Source of the DNA: Candidatus Methylomirabilia bacterium
Lineage (GTDB): Bacteria > Methylomirabilota > Methylomirabilia > Rokubacteriales > CSP1-6
Assembly (NCBI GenBank): GCA_046758965.1
Contig: JBHIBG010000002.1
Location: 32,001-96,000 of the forward strand
Length of the DNA stretch: 64,000 nucleotides
Direction of reading: 5' to 3'
Position 1 is the stretch's first letter; each line of letters opens with the position of its first letter. This document shows positions 8,451 to 17,787 of this stretch, piece by piece. The position numbers and the translations under genes were made by a program. The notes beneath the pieces are model-generated. The model was not told the DNA's origin. It searched no databases and saw only the letters and a list, made by a program, of their open reading frames with translations.

Positions 8451-9827
8451 ATGGCTGATCTCGGCCTGACCGAGCTGCTCTATCTCCTGGCTGCCGTCCT
8501 CTTCATGCTGGGGCTGAAGCGCCTCAGCGCCGTCAAGACCGCGCGCACCGGCAACCTCCTCTCCATGGTGGCCATGGTTCTCGCCGTGGGGGTGACCCTG
8601 CTCCGGGTCACACCCGTCAACTGGGGGATCATTCTGACGGCGGCAGCGCTCGGTACCGTCATCGGCGCGGTCTCGGCGATGAAGGTCCGGATGACCGCCA
8701 TGCCCCAGATGGTGGCGCTCTTTAACGGGTTCGGCGGCGGCGCCTCAGCGCTGGTGGCGGTGTCGGAGTTTTTTCGGGGCATCCCCAGCCTCCCCCTGGT
8801 CGCGCTCGTCGCCATTGTTCTCTCCGCGCTCGTCGGCGGGGTCACCCTCACCGGGAGCATCATCGCCTTCGGCAAGCTGCAGGAGATCATTCCCGGCAAA
8901 CCGATCCTCTTCACGGGGCGTCACGTCCTCAACCTGCTCCTGCTGCTCACCGCCGTCGGCCTCGGCCTCTCCCTGATCCTCGGCACCCAGGCCCCCGGGC
9001 CGTTCGTGCTCCTCGCCGCCATTGCCCTCACCCTGGGGGTCCTCCTCGTCATCCCCATCGGGGGCGCGGACATGCCGGTCGTGATCTCGCTCCTCAACTC
9101 GTACTCGGGGGTGGCGGTGGCCACCACCGGGTTTGTGCTCTCCAACAATCTCCTCATCATCGTCGGCTCGCTCGTGGGGGCCGCGGGGCTGATCCTGACC
9201 AGGCTCATGTGTGTCGCGATGAACCGATCGCTGGCCAACGTGCTCTTCGGCGGCTTCGGCGCCACGGCGGAAACGGCCGTGGTGGGAACGGCCAGGGGCG
9301 CGGTGAAGGCCGGGACCATCGAAGACGCCGTCACCGTCATGGAGAACGCAGGCTCAGCCATCGTCGTCCCGGGCTATGGGATGGCAGTCGCACAGGCCCA
9401 GCACGCCGTGCGGGACCTCGCCAACCTCCTGGAAGATCGCGGGGCGACCGTCAGGTACGCGATCCACCCCGTGGCGGGGCGCATGCCCGGCCACATGAAC
9501 GTGCTGCTGGCGGAGGCCAATGTCCCCTACGACCGGCTCTATGGCCTGGACGAGATCAACGACGACTTCGCGAAGACGGACGTGGCGCTCGTCGTCGGGG
9601 CCAACGACGTCGTGAACCCCGCGGCGAAGACCGACCCCAAGAGCCCCATCTACGGCATGCCCGTGCTCAACGTCGACGAGGCCCGCACGGTCATCGTGCT
9701 CAAGCGGAGCATGAACCCGGGCTTCGCCGGCATCGACAATGAGCTGTTCGTGCGCCCCAACACGATGATGGTGTTCGGAGACGCCAAGCAGACGCTGACC
9801 AAGATCGCGGCCACGCTCAAGGAGTAG
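8451..9827 (+). CDS. pntB: NAD(P) transhydrogenase subunit beta
   Basis: MPQMVA, GGADMPVVISLLNSYSG, HPVAGRMPGHMNVLLAEA, GANDVVNP. Confidence 0.97.
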   Translation: MADLGLTELLYLLAAVLFMLGLKRLSAVKTARTGNLLSMVAMVLAVGVTLLRVTPVNWGIILTAAALGTVIGAVSAMKVRMTAMPQMVALFNGFGGGASALVAVSEFFRGIPSLPLVALVAIVLSALVGGVTLTGSIIAFGKLQEIIPGKPILFTGRHVLNLLLLLTAVGLGLSLILGTQAPGPFVLLAAIALTLGVLLVIPIGGADMPVVISLLNSYSGVAVATTGFVLSNNLLIIVGSLVGAAGLILTRLMCVAMNRSLANVLFGGFGATAETAVVGTARGAVKAGTIEDAVTVMENAGSAIVVPGYGMAVAQAQHAVRDLANLLEDRGATVRYAIHPVAGRMPGHMNVLLAEANVPYDRLYGLDEINDDFAKTDVALVVGANDVVNPAAKTDPKSPIYGMPVLNVDEARTVIVLKRSMNPGFAGIDNELFVRPNTMMVFGDAKQTLTKIAATLKE

Positions 9828-9943
9828 GCCTGGGACCGGCCCGAAGAGCTCTCAGGCGGGCGGGGCTAGCCCTGGATCCCGGCGCAGCAGACCAGGATAT
9901 GGAGCTCCCCGAAGCGGCCGGCCGACCGAACTCCGGTCAGGAG

Positions 9944-12900
9944 TCACGCCTCCACCCGCTCCAACCAGAATCGCATGTCCATCTCGTTCAGCAGCCCACC
10001 CGCCGTGGTCAGATGTTCCTGAGCTTTCCGCCGGTTCCCTATCCGCCGATATAGCTGGCCGAGACCCAGGTGGCAGTGGGCCACGAGTGGACGCATGCCG
10101 AACTCCTCTGCGAGGGGAAGGGCCTCCCGGTAGCAGGTTTCGGCCTTCTCGACGTCCGGTGGATCGCCGTGCGACCTGATTTCGCCGAGGAGCCGGAGGG
10201 CATATGCCTCGTGCCCGCGCTCCTTGTGCTCGCGGGAGAGGGTAAGAGCCTGCGCCGCGAGCTGGCTCGCGCTATCCGGCCGGTCGACCAGGAGATGCGC
10301 TTGGCTGAGCCGGGCGATCCTAAGCGAATGGTCAGCCACCAATTTCGCGCAGAAAGCCTGCTCAGCAGCCTGCTCCAGAAGAGGCAGGGCCTCAGCGGCT
10401 CGTCCGGAAAGGGCGTACGCGCAGCCCAGTGGCGAGGCGACAAAGGGGAACAGGAGAGGGATATTCGCGACTTGGCCGAGGGCCAGGCCACGTTCGAGCA
10501 CGGAGATAGCTTTTTCGAGATCCCCTTTGAGGAGGTAAAGGCCACCGATCCCGAAACACGCAACGATCAGGCTGTACGGGTCATCCACTGCCTCGGCAAT
10601 CCGGATTGCCTCCTCTCCGCGTGCGATTCCCTCCGCGAGCTCTCCACGCTCGGCAAGGCACGAGGCCAACCAGGAACGGGAGAACACCGAGGGGAGGCCG
10701 GCCATGCCGAAGCGCTCATGGAGCAGCTCGCCGTCAAGGGCCGCCACGTTCCGCCTGAAACACTCCATCGCCCGGGGATAGTCGCCCAGGGAGTGGTAGG
10801 CCTGGCCCAGGCGGAAGCTCGCCACGACCTTTCCAGCGAAATCCCCGAAGTCGGCGGCGACGGCGAGGTCGCGCTGGCCCACCTTGAGGGCTTGGTCATA
10901 GTCGCCCGTCCACCAGAGGTATCCCGGACTTTCAGGGCCGCCCGTGGCGCTAAGGGCGTCCATGCCCGGTGGCGACGTGGTTCCAGGGTAACGCATGTAG
11001 GTGAGGGCCTTACCCCAGACCTCGCCCCGGAACGCATGATGGGCAAGCCAGTTGACCCGTTCGGTCACGCGGTCGGGATACAGGGTTTCGAAGGCCTCCA
11101 CGATCCGGGCATGGAGGGTACGCCGCCGCTCCTGCAGGAGACTTCCGTAGGCGACCTCATGCGTGAGAGCGTGCTTGAAGGTGTATTCAAGCTCGGGGAA
11201 GAGGGCCGTCTCGTAGAGGAACTCGGCGGTCTGGAGCCGGGTGAGGCCGAGCCGAAGCGCCTCCTCGGCCAGCCCCGCGATCGCCTGGAGCAGGGCCAAG
11301 GGCACATCCTTGCCGATGACTGCTGCGGACTGGAGGAGGCGCTTGTCCTCGGAAGGCAGCCGGTCGATCCGGGCCGCAAGGACTGCCTGGACCGTGGGCG
11401 GCACCTGAGTACTGTGAAGAGGCTTCCCCAGGCGATAGGCTCCCCGCTCGCCCAGCAGCACCTGGATGTCTACCAGGGTCCGGACGCTCTCCTCGAGAAA
11501 GAACGGATTCCCCTCGGTCCGGTCGATCAAAAGCTGCTTGAGCGGGTGAAGCCCGGTGTCGGCACCCAAGAGGGCCTGGAGAAGCTCCTCGCAGCTCTCC
11601 GGGGGGAGTGGATCAATTCGGAGCTGGGTGTAGTAGGTCTTGCTCCCCCAGCCGTGCTGGTACTCGGGGCGGTAGTTGACGAGGAGCAGGACGCGGGCGG
11701 TCGGGAGGCTCTCGATCAGGCTGTCGAGGAGGGCCTGGGTCTCGGGATCGATCCAGTGGAGGTCCTCGAAGACCAGGGAGAGGGGCTGGACCTGGCTCTC
11801 CCGGAACAGGAGGCGCTTGACGGCTTCCAGGGTCCGCTGGCGGCGTTGGGGGGGATCGAGGGCCTGCCACTGGGGGTCCTCGACGGGCACATCCAGGAGG
11901 GTGAAGAAGGCGGGCAGCACCGGCTCTAGCGCTTTATCGAGGGTTAACAGCTTTCCGGTGAGCTTCTCCCGGATCTTCCGCTGATCGTCGCGCTGCTCGA
12001 TCTGGAAGTAGGCCTTCAGGAGGTCGATGACCGGTAGGTAGGTGGTGGCTTTGCCGTAGGAGACTGAGCTGCTTTCCAGGATGAGCCACCCGTGGGTCCG
12101 ATGCGAATGGGTGAACTCCCAGAAGAGGCGGGACTTGCCCACGCCGGGCTCCCCGACGAGGGCCACGACTTGGCCGTGGCCAGCACGCGCCTTGTCAAGA
12201 GCCTGGCGAAGAGCCTCGAGCTCAATCTGCCGTCCCACGAAGCGGGTAAGTCCGCGGGCCGCAGCGGCCTCCAGGCGCCTCCGCACCGGCCCGGCCCCGA
12301 TGACCTCGTAGACTTCAATCGGGGCCTCCAGCCCTTTGACCGGGACCGGGCCGAGAGGTTTGACCTGGACGAACCCCTCGGCTAGCCGGAGGGTCTCGGC
12401 CGTCAGGCGGATGGTTCCGGGGGTCGCAAGCTGCTCCATCCGGGCAGCCAAGTGTGTGGTCTGGCCCACGGCGGTGTAGTCCATGTGGAGGTCATTGCCG
12501 ATGGACCGGACCACGACCTCTCCTGAGTTGAGGCCGACCCTGATCTGCACTTCGATCCCCTGGGCGCGACGGACATCCTCCGTGTAGTGGCGGATCGCTT
12601 CCTGCATCCTGAGCGCCGCGTAGCACGCCCGCACTGCGTGGTCTTCATGGGCCAGGGGCGCGCCGAAGAGCGCCATGATCCCGTCGCCCATCACTTGGTT
12701 GACGGTCCCCTCGTACCGGTGGACGGCCTCCATCATCCGCTCGAGGACCGGGTCCAGGAGCTTTCGAGCCTCCTCGGGGTCCCGGTCAGCAAGGAGCTCC
12801 ATCGAACCCTTCAGATCGGCGAGCAGGACCGTCACCTGCTTCCGCTCGCCCTCGAGGGCGTTCTTGGTGGTGAGGATCTTCTCGGCGAGATGTCTGGGGG

Positions 12901-13102
12901 TGTAGGTCTCGGGGGACGTGAACCTTGAGCCCGCAGTCGGAGCCTCTCCAGCGGTCAGCCGCTGGCCGCACTCATTACAGAAGCGGCTCCCGGGAACGTT
13001 GCGATACCCACACGCCGAACATGCGGCTTCGAGTCGCGTGCCACATGCGTTGCAGAACTTGGCCCCAGAAGGATTCTGCTGCTGGCACTGCGCGCAACGC
13101 AC
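9944..13102 (-). CDS. Double zinc ribbon - class III nucleotide cyclase - AAA ATPase (STAND-like) - TPR protein
   Basis: CxxC ribbons, ERKQVTVLLADL, MGDG, Walker A GEPGVGKS, Walker B EDLHW, GNPFF, TPR tail. Confidence 0.92.
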   Translation of the reverse strand: MRCAQCQQQNPSGAKFCNACGTRLEAACSACGYRNVPGSRFCNECGQRLTAGEAPTAGSRFTSPETYTPRHLAEKILTTKNALEGERKQVTVLLADLKGSMELLADRDPEEARKLLDPVLERMMEAVHRYEGTVNQVMGDGIMALFGAPLAHEDHAVRACYAALRMQEAIRHYTEDVRRAQGIEVQIRVGLNSGEVVVRSIGNDLHMDYTAVGQTTHLAARMEQLATPGTIRLTAETLRLAEGFVQVKPLGPVPVKGLEAPIEVYEVIGAGPVRRRLEAAAARGLTRFVGRQIELEALRQALDKARAGHGQVVALVGEPGVGKSRLFWEFTHSHRTHGWLILESSSVSYGKATTYLPVIDLLKAYFQIEQRDDQRKIREKLTGKLLTLDKALEPVLPAFFTLLDVPVEDPQWQALDPPQRRQRTLEAVKRLLFRESQVQPLSLVFEDLHWIDPETQALLDSLIESLPTARVLLLVNYRPEYQHGWGSKTYYTQLRIDPLPPESCEELLQALLGADTGLHPLKQLLIDRTEGNPFFLEESVRTLVDIQVLLGERGAYRLGKPLHSTQVPPTVQAVLAARIDRLPSEDKRLLQSAAVIGKDVPLALLQAIAGLAEEALRLGLTRLQTAEFLYETALFPELEYTFKHALTHEVAYGSLLQERRRTLHARIVEAFETLYPDRVTERVNWLAHHAFRGEVWGKALTYMRYPGTTSPPGMDALSATGGPESPGYLWWTGDYDQALKVGQRDLAVAADFGDFAGKVVASFRLGQAYHSLGDYPRAMECFRRNVAALDGELLHERFGMAGLPSVFSRSWLASCLAERGELAEGIARGEEAIRIAEAVDDPYSLIVACFGIGGLYLLKGDLEKAISVLERGLALGQVANIPLLFPFVASPLGCAYALSGRAAEALPLLEQAAEQAFCAKLVADHSLRIARLSQAHLLVDRPDSASQLAAQALTLSREHKERGHEAYALRLLGEIRSHGDPPDVEKAETCYREALPLAEEFGMRPLVAHCHLGLGQLYRRIGNRRKAQEHLTTAGGLLNEMDMRFWLERVEA

Positions 13103-13174
13103 GCCGGTCCTCCCCTCAGAGCCCGAGGGTCACATTCTGCGACTTGATGGAAGGCCAGGCCGGTCGAGGGGTGC

Positions 13175-13426
13175 CTATGAACCCTCCTTGACCTCGATGA
13201 TCTCGTCCGCGACCAGACCGTGGGCTTCCCGGTGCACCGCCGCGGCGGCCTCTTTGCTGGGAGCTTCGACCAGACAGAAGACTTTGCCGGTGCCTTCGTC
13301 GTACCAATATCTCAGATAGTTGACCGCGTACTTCTGCTGAACTTGGAGGTCCTTCTGGTGGGCGCCGGCAACTGCTTCGCCGGTCAAACCCTCGACCTTG
13401 TTATGAACATCTAGATAGAGCGGCAT
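13175..13426 (-). CDS. DUF4242 / SCO4226-like small (nickel-binding family) protein
   Basis: MPLYLDVH...AHQKDL...VFCLVEAP...VHREAHG; AGGAGG RBS. Confidence 0.85.
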   Translation of the reverse strand: MPLYLDVHNKVEGLTGEAVAGAHQKDLQVQQKYAVNYLRYWYDEGTGKVFCLVEAPSKEAAAAVHREAHGLVADEIIEVKEGS

Positions 13427-13537
13427 ATCACCATCGCCTCCTTTCTTCGGAACTAGAACGCGTTCCAGCTCTCGCGGATTTTCCGTTGAAGTTCGCTCAC
13501 GCCGAATTAGCGACTCATCCTGTCAGCTCGCGCCCAG

Positions 13538-13566
13538 ACTCTACGTCCACCACAAAGGATTGTCAA
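13538..13566 (-). promoter_or_regulatory. Putative sigma-70 promoter for the DUF4242-cyclase unit
   Basis: Minus strand TTGACA (13566-13561), 17-bp spacer, TAGAGT (13543-13538). Confidence 0.55.
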
Positions 13567-13803
13567 GGGGCGCGGCTCGCTTCCTGCCGCTCACGCGACC
13601 TTCGGCATCACCTTCTCGCCAGGCCCATCGACCGCGAAGCGGGCTCCGCGTCTTCACCTCCTCGCTCCCGTGCCGGCCAATGATCTCGCACATGCATCTG
13701 CGGGTAGGTCATCGAATCTTGGGAAGAGTGGACGAGTTCATAGTACGGCGGTGAGGACGTGCTACGATGGACAGACTCCGAGCGTGCCAGTGGAGGCCGA
13801 GCC

Positions 13804-14685
13804 ATGGCGAAAGTGGTGGACTCATACCGCTACCTGAACCGTGCCTCCCGGGGAATCGTCGAGGCATGGATCGCCCGGGAGCAGCCTCGCGCGATCCCCT
13901 GGACCCCGCTTCGGAAGCCGCTCGCCGAGTCTCGAGTGGCCTTGGTCAGCACCGCCGGCATCGCGCTCAGGAACGATCAGCCGTTCGACCAGGAAGGAGA
14001 GCGGAAGAACCCCTGGTGGGGTGACCCGACCTTCCGGGTGATCCCGCGGACCGCCACCGAGCGGGACGTCCGCATCTTCCACCTCCACATCGAGACCGCC
14101 TACGCTCTGCAAGACCTGAACTGCATCTTCCCGCTCCAGCGGCTCCTCGAGCTGGAAGCGGCCGGGGAGGTCGGCCAGTCAGCGCCCTCCCACTACTCCT
14201 TCATGGGCTACATCCTCCAGCCCCGAGTTCTCGTCGAAGAGAGCGCGCCGGCCATGATCCGCCGCCTGCGCGCTGAAAGTGTGGAGGCGGTCGTCCTCGT
14301 CCCGGTCTGACCGATCTGCTGCCGGTCCGTGGGACTGGTCCAGCGGGAGATCGAGGCAGCCGGCATGGCCACCATCGCGCTTTCCACCATTCCGGAGTTC
14401 ACAGCCTCCGTCGGCGCGCCGCGAGTGGCCGCGATCGAGTATCCCTTCGGCCGGCCACTCGGCCAGCCCGGCGACCGGGAGGGACAGGTGGCCGTGCTCC
14501 GGGCCACGCTCGACGCGCTGGCCGAGGCCGCGACCCCTGGCACCGTGGTTCACCTCCCGTTCGAGTGGCCCGAGCCGCCGGAGCAGGTCCACTGGCACCC
14601 CAAAGAACCCTCCCCGATCCTGAAGCTTCTGAGCCAGCACCCCGCGCTGTACGGGAAGTTCCTGGCCGGCGAGATCCCGGAGTGA
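13804..14685 (+). CDS. Glycine/sarcosine/betaine/proline reductase selenoprotein B-like protein with Sec at UGA 14308-14310 (UxxC), 293 aa
   Basis: GrdB/PrdB-family motifs (PWTPL.KPL, VALVSTAG, GDPTFR, DLNCIFP); LVPV-UGA-PICCRSVGLVQREIEAAG continues in frame to 14685. Confidence 0.85.
14312..14354 (+). promoter_or_regulatory. Bacterial SECIS-like stem-loop
   Basis: CGATCT/AGATCG, GCTG/CAGC and CCGGTCC/GGACTGG stems with a GTG apical loop 18 nt after the UGA. Confidence 0.7.
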
Positions 14686-14775
14686 CCCGGACGCGCGACC
14701 TCGACGACTGCGGCGGCCTCCCGTAAATCCCGGTCCTTTACTCCCCCTCACGCCTGGGTGTATCGTGAGACCACC

Positions 14776-16836
14776 ATGCGCTCGCGCTGGTCGGACAGCG
14801 AGGCCAGCGGCCTCTCCAGCCTCGATCTTCTCGTCTACGCCTCCCGCCTCATCGGAGCGGAGCCGTCCCTGGTGGTCTGGGGCGGCGGGAACACCTCCCT
14901 CAAGGTCACCGAGCCGGATCTCCGAGGCAGACCCGCCCGGGTTCTCAGGGTCAAAGGCAGCGGTTCCGATCTCAAGAGCATCACCACGCGGGATTTCCCC
15001 GGCGTCAGGATGGACGACATCCTGCACCTGCTCGGACGGGAGGAGATGGGCGATCAGGAGATGGTGGACTACCTGGCCCGCGCGCTCCAGGAGCCCGGCG
15101 GCCCGCGGCCCTCCATCGAGACGTTGCTCCACGGCTTCCTCCCCTTCGAGGCCGTGATCCACACCCACGCCGACGCCATCGTCTCGCTGACCAACACGGA
15201 TCGGTGCACCGAGCTGCTCCGGGAGGTCTACGGCTCTGAGGTGGTGGCGATCCCCTACCGCCGCCCGGGGTTCCTGCTCTCCAGGGACGTGGCTCGCGCC
15301 CTCGAGGCTCAGCCCGAGGCGAAAGCCGTCATCCTGGAAAAGCACGGCACGATCAATTGGGGGCAGACCCCCAAGGAAGCCTACCTCGCCACCCTCGACC
15401 TGATCACGCGCGCCGAGGAGGCGATCGCGGCGCGGAGCCGCGGGCGGCTCCGGTTCGGCGGTCAGCGGCTCGGCGCGCTCCCCGCCGAGCTCCGGCGCTC
15501 GAGCGCTGTCGCGGTGGCTCCGTTCCTCAGGGGGGTCGTGAGCCACGACCGTCGAGCCATCCTCCACTTCGATGATTCCCCGGAGGTCCTCGACTTCGTC
15601 GGATCGGCCGAGGTCGGCGCGCTCTCGCAAGCGGGTCCGGCTACCCCCGACCACACGATCTACACAAAGCGCTTCGCCTGCTTCGTCCCCGCGGACCAGC
15701 CAGGCGACCCGGACCGCCTCGAGGCGGCCATCCGAGGCGCGGTGGAGCGCTTCGTCAGCGACTACCAGGGCTACTTCAAAGCCCATTGCTTCGAGGGCGC
15801 CAGGCTCCTCGACCCCTCCCCCCGGGTCATCCTGATCCCGGGTCTCGGGATGTTCACCACCGGGAAGGATAAGCGGACGGCGCTGATCGTGGACGATATC
15901 TACCGCCACACGATTGCCGTGCTCGGGAGCGCCTCCGTCGTGGGCCGGTATGTCTCCCTCACGCCCAAGGATGCCTTCGATGTGGAATACTGGCCGCTGG
16001 AGCTCTACAAGCTCTCCCTGGCGCCGCCGGAAAAGGAGCTGGCTCGGCGCGTGGCGTTCGTCACCGGCGGGGCCAGCGGGATTGGTCGGGCGGTGGCGCT
16101 TCGTCTGGCCAGGGAGGGCGCCCAGGTCGTTATCGGAGACCTGGACGGGGCCGGAGCGTGGAAGGTGGCAGACGAGATCATCCAGACCCTGGGGGCCGGC
16201 CGTGCCCTGGGGCTCGAGCTGGATGTGACCCTCGAAAGCTCGGTTCGCCGGGCCGTAGAGGAGACCGTGCTCAGCTACGGCGGCTTCGACATCGTGGTCT
16301 CCAACGCCGGCCTCGCTCACGCCGCTCCTCTGGATCGGATGGCGCTGGCTGACTGGGAGCGGAGCTTCGCGGTGAACGCCACAGGGCACTTCCTCGTGGC
16401 GCGGGAGGCCCTGCGCGTCCTGAAACGCCAGGGGCTCGGCGGCGCCTTCGTGTTCGTGGCGACCAAGAACGTCATGTCGCCGGGCAAGGACTTCGGCGCC
16501 TACTCAGCGTCCAAGGCCGCGGAGTCCCAGCTCGCGAAGCTGGTGGCGCTGGAGGGCGGCCCGCACGGGATCCGATCCAACATCGTGAGCCCTGATGCGG
16601 TCTTCAGGGACTCCAAGCTCTGGTCCGAGGAGGTCCGGCGTGAGCGGGCCCAGGCTCAGGGTATCGCCGTCGACGAACTCGAGGAGTTCTACGCGAAGCG
16701 TAACATCCTAACCGTCTCGATCTTTCCCGAGGATGTGGCTGAAGCGGTGTGCTTTCTTGTCTCGGACCGGTCAGCCAAGACAACCGGGTGTACGATCACG
16801 GTTGACGGCGGCCTCAAGGACGCGTTTCCCAGGTAG
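14776..16836 (+). CDS. Bifunctional rhamnulose-1-phosphate aldolase / short-chain dehydrogenase (RhaED/YuxG-like)
   Basis: GGGNTS, PSIETLLH, HTH, TPDH, EYWPLE; SDR motifs TGGASGIG, NAG, YSASK, VDGG. Confidence 0.9.
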   Translation: MRSRWSDSEASGLSSLDLLVYASRLIGAEPSLVVWGGGNTSLKVTEPDLRGRPARVLRVKGSGSDLKSITTRDFPGVRMDDILHLLGREEMGDQEMVDYLARALQEPGGPRPSIETLLHGFLPFEAVIHTHADAIVSLTNTDRCTELLREVYGSEVVAIPYRRPGFLLSRDVARALEAQPEAKAVILEKHGTINWGQTPKEAYLATLDLITRAEEAIAARSRGRLRFGGQRLGALPAELRRSSAVAVAPFLRGVVSHDRRAILHFDDSPEVLDFVGSAEVGALSQAGPATPDHTIYTKRFACFVPADQPGDPDRLEAAIRGAVERFVSDYQGYFKAHCFEGARLLDPSPRVILIPGLGMFTTGKDKRTALIVDDIYRHTIAVLGSASVVGRYVSLTPKDAFDVEYWPLELYKLSLAPPEKELARRVAFVTGGASGIGRAVALRLAREGAQVVIGDLDGAGAWKVADEIIQTLGAGRALGLELDVTLESSVRRAVEETVLSYGGFDIVVSNAGLAHAAPLDRMALADWERSFAVNATGHFLVAREALRVLKRQGLGGAFVFVATKNVMSPGKDFGAYSASKAAESQLAKLVALEGGPHGIRSNIVSPDAVFRDSKLWSEEVRRERAQAQGIAVDELEEFYAKRNILTVSIFPEDVAEAVCFLVSDRSAKTTGCTITVDGGLKDAFPR

Positions 16837-16854
16837 TGATTCGGAGGGGATCCC

Positions 16855-17784
16855 ATGGCATCCGTGAAGTTCGGCGCGTTTCTCTCCCCGCATCCCGCTG
16901 AGGAGCAGCTCGCCCTGGCCCAACGAGTGGAAGCCCTGGGCTTCGACTCCATCTGGACCGGAGACCACGTGAGCTTCTACCACCCGCTCTACGAATCCCT
17001 CACCCTCCTGGCTGCCTACGCGGGAGCCACCCGGCGCATCCGGCTCGGTACCGCGGTCTACCTCCTCGCTCTCCGCCACCCCACGGCGGTGGCCAAGATC
17101 ACCTCGACGCTGGACGTCCTGTCCGGGGGACGCCTGACCTTCGGCGTTGGCGTGGGGGGAGAGAACCCCAAAGAGTTCGAGGCCTGCGGCGTCCCCTACA
17201 ACGAGCGCGGGGCGCGAGTCACCGAAGGAATCCAGGTGCTCCGAGCCCTCTGGACCCAGAGCCCCGCGTCGTTCTCCGGACGGTTTGTGAAGTTTGACCG
17301 CGTCAGTATCGATCCCAAGCCGATCCAGCCCGGCGGCCCCCCGATCTGGATCGGGGGGCGATCGGACGCGGCCCTGGAGCGGGCCGGGCGGCTCGGTGCC
17401 GGTTGGGTCTCGTATGTGGTGACTCCAGACCGGTATGCGCAGAGCCTCGAGAAAATCCGGGCGGCGGCCCGCGAAGCCGGTCGCGAACTTTCCAACTTCG
17501 AGACCGCCCACCTCACGTTCATCACCGTGGGGACCGACTATGACAAGGCCCGTGGCATATGGGTGGGGCGTCTCTCCAAGCGGTACAACCAGGAGTTCGG
17601 CCCGCTGGCCGAAAGATACGGCTTCATCGGCAGTCGGTCCAACCTGATCGAGCGGATCGAACGCTTCGTCGAGGCCGGCTGCCATTATTTCCTCCTGAAC
17701 GCCATCTGCGACATTCCCGACGAGCGGGAGCAGTTTGAGATGATCGCCTCCGAAATCCTCCCGCACTTCAGGAAACGGGCGTGA
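16855..17784 (+). CDS. LLM-class flavin/F420-dependent oxidoreductase
   Basis: GFDSIWTGDH, LDVLSGGR, PPIWIGG. Confidence 0.9.
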   Translation: MASVKFGAFLSPHPAEEQLALAQRVEALGFDSIWTGDHVSFYHPLYESLTLLAAYAGATRRIRLGTAVYLLALRHPTAVAKITSTLDVLSGGRLTFGVGVGGENPKEFEACGVPYNERGARVTEGIQVLRALWTQSPASFSGRFVKFDRVSIDPKPIQPGGPPIWIGGRSDAALERAGRLGAGWVSYVVTPDRYAQSLEKIRAAAREAGRELSNFETAHLTFITVGTDYDKARGIWVGRLSKRYNQEFGPLAERYGFIGSRSNLIERIERFVEAGCHYFLLNAICDIPDEREQFEMIASEILPHFRKRA

Positions 17785-17787
17785 GGC

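Noticed and set aside
13759..14685. Two separate genes or a nonsense pseudogene
   Set aside because: The single in-frame UGA falls at the family's UxxC position and is followed by a SECIS-like hairpin
14179..16389. Long antisense ORFs (also 50-1345, 4024-5400, 10070-11929, 30380-31774, 47132-48694)
   Set aside because: Shadow ORFs opposite well-supported genes, expected at high GC; no recognisable motifs
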